The notes under the pieces are model-generated. The model was not told the DNA's origin and searched no databases. It worked only from the letters and a program-made list of their open reading frames with translations. A stretch of DNA of 64,000 nucleotides from an uncultured Alphaproteobacteria bacterium (GTDB lineage Bacteria > Pseudomonadota > Alphaproteobacteria > Rhizobiales > Xanthobacteraceae), in NCBI GenBank assembly GCA_963831585.1, contig CAWHRA010000039.1, forward strand, positions 831-64,830, in the 5' to 3' direction. The translations under genes were made by a program, and so were the position numbers. Positions 36,679-43,403 of this stretch are shown piece after piece. Position 1 is the stretch's first letter; the number at the start of each line of letters is the position of its first letter.

Positions 36679-36988
36679 GACGGTCCTCCGGTGGGGAAAC
36701 CTATCTGACGTTCGTCCGCAAGAGACGAGAGGACGAAACATATCGAACAAGGGATACAGGTTGCAATCGGTATTTCTTGCCGTTTTCGAGCTCGGAATTC
36801 GGCCAACCGGCCTGCGCGCTGATTGTCGGGGATTCGGACCGCCACCTGACGGCGGGCCTGACGATCGCCGGGTTTAGCCGGCCCCTGCCCTGCCGCCTTC
36901 ACCGTAGCGTGATGTGGCCCGTTCCCGAAACGGCTCTAAATTTGCCTTCGCTGCGCGGGCCTATGTCCCATTGAGGGAGGACTGCCAA

Positions 36989-37297
36989 ATGAAGACAGCG
37001 ATCATAGCACTTTCCGCCGCCGCTCTCGTCGCCGCTCCATCGGCGGCGATTGCGCAGGCCATGGCCGGCAAGACACCGGCTTCGCATCACAAGGTCGCCA
37101 GGAAACCTCACCACAACGTCTCCGTCTACGTTCCGATGCGTGAGATACAAGCGAGGGCCCCGAGGAGGGGCTATCCGGGAGCATTCGGCTACGCACCCAA
37201 CGAACCCATCGACAGGGATCTCGAAAGTTCGAGACAGGCCGGTGGCGGAGGCGGAGGTGGTGGTGGCGGCGGCGGCGGAGGTGCCGGAGGCATGTGA
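36989..37297 (+). CDS. small secreted protein with C-terminal poly-Gly
   Basis: GAGGGAGG RBS. Signal peptide MKTAIIALSAAALVAAPSAAIAQA, His/basic middle, and QAGGGGGGGGGGGGGGAGGM at the end. Confidence 0.55.
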   Translation: MKTAIIALSAAALVAAPSAAIAQAMAGKTPASHHKVARKPHHNVSVYVPMREIQARAPRRGYPGAFGYAPNEPIDRDLESSRQAGGGGGGGGGGGGGGAGGM

Positions 37298-37731
37298 ACA
37301 CGCCAGCAACGCAATTCATCAGCCATGGCTTCATGTGCCGCCGAATCGCTTCCGTCAGATCAACTTTTGATGGTCAGCCGTGCCTGTCGACCGAGGTAAC
37401 GTTGCGATCTACGCCAGCAACACCGTTACCTCGCCTCGACTTCGTCAACCACGCCGGCGCGCTAAAATTTCAAGCAACGAGGATCTTGATCCCCCACCAC
37501 ACGACGACGATCGCAGAAATGATGCTGGCAGCGGTCAAGGCAATTTCCAACAAATGATTCTTCATTTGCTTTACTCTGGCTGCCTACCCCGGGGCGGGAA
37601 CCTATTTGATTCTATGACGTCGACGCAACCTGAGGCCGGGGCGCGGGTCGTCATCCCCGTAATCCACCGGTAGACGGCCGAGGCCGGCGACGGGGCACAA
37701 TCCGGACCGGTATGCAATCCGGGCGATACGA

Positions 37732-38190
37732 TCAGACCACGTCGTCGGAGGGCGGCTCGGGCTTGATATCGGGGGCCGTTGCTATCATGGCCGGCGCAGC
37801 GATCTTCTCCTTCAGTTCGTTGCAGGTCTTGCGGACCTCCGCCGTCACCAGCGAGCAGTTCTCGATCTGAAGGAAGACGCGCTTGGCCTCCTCGCGGTAA
37901 CGCCCTGCGGTGTCCTTCAATTCCTGAGTCACGGCGAGCGCGTCGCTGGCGGCCGCCTCGCATCGTCTCGCGAGGTCGATCAGCTCCGTGCCCATCGCCT
38001 CGATCTCTTTCGCCGCGTCTTCGTATTCGCGGAGCACGGCTTCCGCCGACAGCTTGCCGATTTCCGTGCTGCCATCGCGATGCTCGATCGCCATGGCGGG
38101 CGCACGGTGGACCGGCGCCCTGCCCCGAATCTCCGCCTCGATTTCGCGCTCCATGTCTGTCAGGAGTCGCCCTATTGTTGATTGCACCAT
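37732..38190 (-). CDS. hypothetical coiled-coil protein
   Basis: 152-aa ORF, helical and acidic. No family recognised. Confidence 0.45.
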   Translation of the reverse strand: MVQSTIGRLLTDMEREIEAEIRGRAPVHRAPAMAIEHRDGSTEIGKLSAEAVLREYEDAAKEIEAMGTELIDLARRCEAAASDALAVTQELKDTAGRYREEAKRVFLQIENCSLVTAEVRKTCNELKEKIAAPAMIATAPDIKPEPPSDDVV

Positions 38191-38273
38191 TGCCAGCTAC
38201 TCCCTTCGTTGAAAAGTCAGGGCAATGGCTCGGTGCTAAGTGCTTTGGCGCAGCGCGCAACAAGAACTCCTCG

Positions 38274-38312
38274 GTTAAGCTTGCCGGTTAAGGTTGCCCG
38301 TTAAGCTTGATG
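38274..38312. repeat. three tandem 13-bp direct repeats GTTAAG(C/G)TTG-NNN
   Basis: GTTAAGCTTGCCG GTTAAGGTTGCCC GTTAAGCTTGATG read directly. Lies 84-122 nt upstream of the minus-strand start at 38190. A further GTTAAT is at about 38325. Confidence 0.8.
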
Positions 38313-38721
38313 TCCGCGCTGCGGGTTAATTCGAGAACCGCGATCCCCGTCCGGCACACGCCGCAAACCGGGCAAGCCGCGCGGCGCGGCAGGCCTGCAA
38401 TGGCAGGATTTCTCCGACCCCTGAAATTCGCAAGGCCGGCGCAGACGCCGCATGCGGGCAGATTTTTCGCCACGAATCAGCCTTAGGCCTGATCACGACC
38501 ATTCCTCGCGGGCCAAAGGGGGATGGTCAGACCCGGCGCGCGTCGTCCGTGACTCACCGCGCGCCGGGCCGCTGAGGTTTGGCTTGATCGGACGATGCCG
38601 CAAGCCCTGGCCCAATTGCGGCGCGGCTGGCGCTGCATTCAGCCTGCGAGTATTCACGCTCCCATGATGGCGACGCGCCATTTGCGATACGCGGCGGCAA
38701 CTTGTTTGTGCAGGTTCCATT

Positions 38722-38746
38722 GGAACGGCCGATGCCATCAGCCGTT
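38722..38746 (+). promoter_or_regulatory. EcfG-type promoter motif GGAAC-N16-CGTT
   Basis: GGAAC (38722-38726), a 16-nt spacer, then CGTT (38743-38746). Lies 27 nt upstream of the ATG at 38774. The -35 is part of the palindrome GTTCCATTGGAAC. Confidence 0.6.
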
Positions 38747-38773
38747 GGTCTTCCATTCCACTGGAAGGAGGAC

Positions 38774-39031
38774 ATGATGAAGAAGGTTTTGTTGATTGCC
38801 GCGGCGATTGGCGCCCTCGCGGGACCGGCCGTGGCGGATGAGGTCGGCGTTCGCGTCGGTCCGGTCGGCGCTGGTGTCACCGTCGGCGAGAGCCATCGCG
38901 ACTACGATCGGGATCGCGATCGTACCACCGTCATCAAGGAGCGAGAGCCGCGCGACCGCACGACCATCATCAAGAAGGAGCACGGCGACGGCGTCGAGAG
39001 CAAGACCATCATTCATCGCGATAACGACTAG
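38774..39031 (+). CDS. small secreted charged (Arg/Asp/His) protein
   Basis: GGAGGA RBS. Signal peptide MMKKVLLIAAAIGALAGPAVA, then VRVGPVGAGVTVGESHRDYDRDRDRTTVIKEREPRDRTTIIKKEH... Confidence 0.6.
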   Translation: MMKKVLLIAAAIGALAGPAVADEVGVRVGPVGAGVTVGESHRDYDRDRDRTTVIKEREPRDRTTIIKKEHGDGVESKTIIHRDND

Positions 39032-39174
39032 TCTGTCGTCCCGCGTGCCTTCGGAAGAAGGCGCGCGGGACGCGCGGCGACGCTGCGCGTCTCACCATTA
39101 GGGTCCAGGATCTTGTCGCGTGGAGCAGGCTCGACCCTGCTTCGAAGATCGCAGCGAGCCGGCCCTCCCGGCCT

Positions 39175-39621
39175 TCATGCCAGCAGCTGCTTCTCGATCT
39201 CATGGACCGGCATCTTGACGAGGTCCTTGTGCAGTTCGCCCTGGATCGCCTTGCGAACCGCGGCCGAGTAATCGGCGCGGATCATGCCGAGCGCGCGCGG
39301 CGAGGCCACCATGGTCAGCGAGGTGGTTTCCCCCGTGGTGACCGCAAGGTTGAGCCTGTCGGCCAGCGTCTTGAGGAATGTCCGTTCGGCCTCGTCGTGC
39401 CAGTCGGTCTGTTCGATCGAGCTTCGCGCACCGCCCATGGACTGGTGCACCTTGCCCGGCGCCGAACTGCCCTGCGCGGAGGTCGGGGCATCGGGGTGCT
39501 CGTGCACTTCCTTGGTGTGCAGATTCGGAAACATGCGGTCGCCGAGATTTTCCAGAATAAGCGCCTTTCGGCCGTCGCAGACGACGATCCAGTCACCGGT
39601 GCCGATCTTGATTTTTGTCAT
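39175..39621 (-). CDS. host-attachment-protein family (Host_attach) protein
   Basis: GDWIVVCDGRKALILEN..., DWHDEAERTFLKTLADRLNLAV...LTMVASPRALGMIRADYS...ELHKDLVKMPVHEIEKQL follows the family pattern as I recall it. Confidence 0.75.
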   Translation of the reverse strand: MTKIKIGTGDWIVVCDGRKALILENLGDRMFPNLHTKEVHEHPDAPTSAQGSSAPGKVHQSMGGARSSIEQTDWHDEAERTFLKTLADRLNLAVTTGETTSLTMVASPRALGMIRADYSAAVRKAIQGELHKDLVKMPVHEIEKQLLA

Positions 39622-39698
39622 TCAGAAACTCCAGGGGAAGCCAGTCCTGGTCGCGAGCGAATCCTGCTCTTGATCAAGTCCTGGTCGTTGCAAAACGG

Positions 39699-40109
39699 TC
39701 AAAGATGCCCCTCGAAATCCTCGAAGGATTTGCCGAACTGCGACAAGGCCTCTTCGAGATAGTCCGCGAGCATCGGTGTGCCGATCAGGTAGGAAGCCGT
39801 GCGGTTGTTGTGGGCGCGCGACGCCTCGGCCCGGATGTCGCGCCAACTGTCCAGATCGCCGTCGCCGCGGCCGAGCCACATCAGGGCGACGAGGTCGATT
39901 TGCTCGTCGACGTTCAGCCCGCGAATGAAGGTGGAAAGCTCGGAGCGATCGGTCTCGTGGCTGCGATCAGCGAGCCCATAGATCGTATCATCGTCGTCCA
40001 AATCCGTGACCAGGTCGGACCCGGTGGCCTTGCTGTCGGATTGGCGGGCCTTGGCCACGATGAAGAACGCCTTTTCCGGCGATATCGACAGGTTCGGAAT
40101 CTTTCGCAT
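39699..40109 (-). CDS. DUF3775-domain protein
   Basis: AGGAGG lies 8 nt before the ATG at 40109. ISPEKAFFIVAKARQ...LSTFIRGLNVDEQIDLVALMWLGRGDG...WRDIRAEA matches DUF3775-type proteins. Confidence 0.7.
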   Translation of the reverse strand: MRKIPNLSISPEKAFFIVAKARQSDSKATGSDLVTDLDDDDTIYGLADRSHETDRSELSTFIRGLNVDEQIDLVALMWLGRGDGDLDSWRDIRAEASRAHNNRTASYLIGTPMLADYLEEALSQFGKSFEDFEGHL

Positions 40110-40284
40110 GCCATGCACCTCCTGAGAGCAGGCGTAAGCCTTTTTCCCAACCGCAACGAAGGTCAGACTAGGAGGTCCCGGCGAGGGGCACTTTGCGCAA
40201 GATCAAGGCAAGGGCCTGCCAAATCGCCCCCGCCGGTGGCGGTTTCTGATGATTTGCCCGCCCCGACTTGCCTTCAGCTCGATT

Positions 40285-40749
40285 TCACCACGTGTTGTTG
40301 CCGAACAGGCTGAACTGCGGCTGTTGCGCCACCAGCATCATCGGCGGCGCCACGTGCCGCTTCGCGATCTTGCGTTTCCGCTGCACGGGCTTTTCCGGCT
40401 TCCTCGGATCCTGCAGTTGCGCCTGCGTTTGACCGGCCGGCGGCAGCTGCGCGAATGCCTCGCGTGCACGCGACTTGGCCGAGACGTCGACGGTCCTTGC
40501 GGAAGGCTGGACGCTGGCCGTGATGATCACGGCCTGCGGAGGAACGATGGTCGGCTGGTTGGTGTCGAAGACGATGCGCTCCGGCCATTTGCGCTCGGAA
40601 TGAATCCGGATGGTCGACCTATCAAACCCCGAGTCCGCCCTCGCCTCGTCCCTTGCCTCGTCGGGGATTTTCGGCAGATACGCACCTGTCACAAACAGCA
40701 GCGCCAGCAACGCGCCGCCGACAAACACAAAATATCGCAGCAAAGGCAT
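40285..40749 (-). CDS. membrane-anchored hypothetical protein
   Basis: From the ATG at 40749: MPLLRYFVFVGGALLALLFVTGAYL anchor, then a basic tail. Confidence 0.5.
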   Translation of the reverse strand: MPLLRYFVFVGGALLALLFVTGAYLPKIPDEARDEARADSGFDRSTIRIHSERKWPERIVFDTNQPTIVPPQAVIITASVQPSARTVDVSAKSRAREAFAQLPPAGQTQAQLQDPRKPEKPVQRKRKIAKRHVAPPMMLVAQQPQFSLFGNNTW

Positions 40750-40927
40750 TTTGAAAGCGTCGCTCCATCCGCACGAACGCACGGACCACCCACTTAACTG
40801 GGGATGGTGTGATTGGTTCCTAGGGCCGCAAGGCCTGATAACGACGAAGTTACCGCGGGCATACCGCTGCGGTTCCATTCGGTTCAACCCAAGGCTGTCG
40901 TACTCTAATAATAAGGGCTGTCCTACG

Positions 40928-41527
40928 CTAAACCGGGCTGGCGGCAATCAGCGAGCACTTCGCCTTGCTGGCGTTAACATTGACGAAGCCGACATGCAGA
41001 CGAGCAAAGGTCTTGCGGCTTCGCTTGTTGACGGTGTCGGGGATGACCCGCGAGCGGTCGGTGAGATGGCTGCCGTCCCTGCGGCTGAAGGCGCAGGAGA
41101 TCGCGATATCCTTGACCGCGTAGTCGTTGCTATTGCGGAGCGTGAAGGTAACCAGCGCCTTCGACCCCAGCCCGCCCCTTCGCCAGTATTGGGACGAGAT
41201 CCTGAGCCCGTCGACGGGTGCGGTTGCCTCCGGCACGATCGCCTCGCCTTCCGCGGTCGGTGGATTGAACGCGATCACCGACGGTGCGGCAACGGACGAA
41301 GGCGCAGGCTCGGCCACGACGGCCGTCGCCGGCACCGGTTCGCTCCCGGCAGGTTTGCCGGCGTGGCCGGTTACCAGTGCCCATGCCGCCATGCCGGCAA
41401 TCAACGCGGCCGAGAACCAGACGAATCCCGACCGCAGATATGCCGCCACCGATTTTTCCGGCTGACCCGAAGCGGCCCCGCCCGGTCCGGTCAATTCGAT
41501 TCGGGAGAGTTCTATGCTCATCGTCAT
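40928..41527 (-). CDS. membrane-anchored hypothetical protein
   Basis: From the ATG at 41527: a cytoplasmic N-terminus, transmembrane segment FVWFSAALIAGMAAWALV, and a C-terminal beta-rich domain. Confidence 0.5.
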   Translation of the reverse strand: MTMSIELSRIELTGPGGAASGQPEKSVAAYLRSGFVWFSAALIAGMAAWALVTGHAGKPAGSEPVPATAVVAEPAPSSVAAPSVIAFNPPTAEGEAIVPEATAPVDGLRISSQYWRRGGLGSKALVTFTLRNSNDYAVKDIAISCAFSRRDGSHLTDRSRVIPDTVNKRSRKTFARLHVGFVNVNASKAKCSLIAASPV

Positions 41528-41827
41528 GCCACCGACATGCGCAAAACGGACACCGCTTGCTGCGCCGCACCGAAAAAGCCGCACGAGCATCACACCGCAC
41601 GGCTTCCAACACGACTGCCGATTGCGCGGTTCCGCCGCTTTCCCCACCAATAGATGAGTCTGGTGATGGTTCCATCCAAACGGGACAATATTGGGACCTG
41701 ACGGGGCCCCGGGGTCGGGCTGAGGGGATGGTCACGCGAGAACGCGGCCGCTAAAATTGTCCGGCCGCCACAGGCCGCGGTCAAGCATGGCGTCGGGCGA
41801 CGCCCAACGAGCGAACGGGAGATCGAA

Positions 41828-42211
41828 ATGCCGATAGTCACCTGGGATCACGTCCACCTGCGCAGTCCCGATCCGGAGGCGACGGCGGCCTGGCTCGAAC
41901 GAATTCTCGGCGGCGTGATCATCCGCGGACCCGGCCGGATCGACGTCAAGCTCGGCGGCGCCAATGTGTTCATCGCGCCGGTGACTGCGGGCGACGGCGT
42001 CAACACCCCGCCGGTGACGCCCTATCAGGGGCTCGACCATTTCGGGCTGACGGTCAAGGATATCGACGCGGTGGCCGCCGAGATCAAGGCCAAGGGCGTG
42101 GAGTTCACCAAAGAGCCGACGACGATCCGGCCCGGTGTCCGCATCTGCTTCATCCGCGGGCCGCAGGGCATCTCGATCGAGCTGCTGGAGCGCGACAAGA
42201 AATATGCGTGA
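41828..42211 (+). CDS. VOC/glyoxalase-family protein
   Basis: WDHVHLRSPDPEATAAWL...GLDHFGLTVKDIDAVAAEIKAKGVEF...ISIELLE is the paired beta-alpha-beta-beta-beta module pattern. Confidence 0.8.
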   Translation: MPIVTWDHVHLRSPDPEATAAWLERILGGVIIRGPGRIDVKLGGANVFIAPVTAGDGVNTPPVTPYQGLDHFGLTVKDIDAVAAEIKAKGVEFTKEPTTIRPGVRICFIRGPQGISIELLERDKKYA

Positions 42212-42258
42212 GCCGTGGACGCGCGGTTCTGATTGAGCGGAACCGAGGCTCTGGATCC

Positions 42259-42723
42259 TCAGGTCATGCTGCCGGGCATGAAGCAGCGAATATAGAGTCC
42301 GCCCACGCCGTCGCGGATCGGCCAGACCATGGTTCGGCCGACCCGATTCGGCTCGGTGATGACGGCTTCGTCAGGCACACTGACCCATTCACCGTCGATG
42401 CGGACGCGGTAATGGCCGTTGCCGCTTTCCCAATCGGCGTCGCTGATCGCGGAGCCGTCGGCGTCGGAGCAGCACGGCCCCTTCTGGCTTTTCAGGCCGT
42501 TGAACCAGGCCCGCAGCTCCGGATTGGCGTTGGCAAATTGTCCGCGGTCGCGGGCGTGCCCGAGTTGCGGCGCGAGCTCTGGCAGCAGCACCACAAGGCC
42601 CACGAGCAGCGGCGTACTCCAGCGCCTGATGCGGCCTTGCGCGTTCTCCGGGCCGTCATTCTGCCCGCCGTCGTCAGTCCATGGATGCGGCGCATCGCCG
42701 CCGGATTCGATCCAGTTGCTCAC
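42259..42723 (-). CDS. hypothetical exported protein
   Basis: 154-aa ORF with transmembrane/signal segment STPLLVGLVVLLPELA and Cys pair GPCCSDADG. No family recognised. Confidence 0.5.
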   Translation of the reverse strand: MSNWIESGGDAPHPWTDDGGQNDGPENAQGRIRRWSTPLLVGLVVLLPELAPQLGHARDRGQFANANPELRAWFNGLKSQKGPCCSDADGSAISDADWESGNGHYRVRIDGEWVSVPDEAVITEPNRVGRTMVWPIRDGVGGLYIRCFMPGSMT

Positions 42724-42937
42724 CTGTCCTCTGCTCCAGCACCCACCGGCCGGTGCACTACCGAGAAAGCATTTCGCGTGCCAACTTTCTCGGCCTCCGA
42801 GGCCGCTGTCATCCCAGCGTCATACGGGGGTGCCGGGGGTCGGTCCGAAGTCAACCTGACGCGTTGACGCTGCGCGTCCCGCTTTGGCATAAGCAAGCAC
42901 CGACCCTGCCGTGACGGAGGTCGCAACCGGTCCCAAC

Positions 42938-43285
42938 ATGAAAAATGGTCTGTATTCGATCCACGTGAGCCTGCAGGACGGGCGTGAAGGCAAGGGCAGC
43001 GGCGTGGTCATGTTCCGGGATGGCAAGATCCTCGGCGGCGACGCCTATCTGTTTTACACCGGCAGCTATTCGACCAGAGGCAACACCTTCAAGGGTGAAG
43101 TGCTCGTGCAGCGCCACACCTCCAGCCCCGACGCCAATCCGCTGTTCGGCGGGCCGAGCCCGGTCGGCATCGGCGTCTCCGGCACCTTTACCGATACCGC
43201 CGGGACCATGAGCGGGACCGCGCTGGTCGGCAAGGCCAGCCAGATTTTTTCGGCGACCTTGCGCAAGCTGGCCGAGGCGGATTGA
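42938..43285 (+). CDS. GrlR-like (lipocalin-fold) family protein
   Basis: From the ATG at 42938: MKNGLYSIHVSLQDGREGKGSGVVMFRDGKILGGDAYLFYTGSYSTRGNTFKGEVLVQRH resembles GrlR-family proteins as I recall them. Confidence 0.55.
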   Translation: MKNGLYSIHVSLQDGREGKGSGVVMFRDGKILGGDAYLFYTGSYSTRGNTFKGEVLVQRHTSSPDANPLFGGPSPVGIGVSGTFTDTAGTMSGTALVGKASQIFSATLRKLAEAD

Positions 43286-43291
43286 TGTCAG

Positions 43292-43398
43292 CCTGGAGCC
43301 TTTTCCGTTTCGATAGAATCGAAACGCGGCCCTAGGATTCTCGATTTGACGCGTTTTCTTGACGCGAACCGGTCTCCCCTTCGCTTGAAAACGCTCTA
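43292..43398. repeat. ~105-bp structured intergenic element, copy 1 (inverted relative to copy 2)
   Basis: The reverse complement aligns along its whole length with 60163-60268. Contains GCGTTTTC...GAAAACGC outer arms and hairpin GTTTCGAT-aga-ATCGAAAC (43307-43325). Confidence 0.7.
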
Positions 43399-43403
43399 AT
43401 CCG

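Noticed and set aside
36901-36925. Weaker EcfG-like motifs. These are GGAAC-N16-CGGT on the minus strand upstream of HdeD, GGAAC-N17-GGTT at 63358-63383 upstream of the 63411 gene, and GGAAC-N16-CGTC at about 37590-37614.
   Set aside because: Each has a mismatch in the short -10 element. The HdeD one is more than 220 nt from the start codon. The 37590 one has no downstream gene on its strand. They are mentioned only as candidates for a proper scan.
39287-39296. 10-nt match (CCGAGCGCGC) to the 3' end of tRNA-Arg inside the variable region, considered as a possible att direct repeat.
   Set aside because: It lies inside the host-attachment-protein coding sequence. It is short and GC-rich, so easily arises by chance, and it does not include the CCA-proximal bases.
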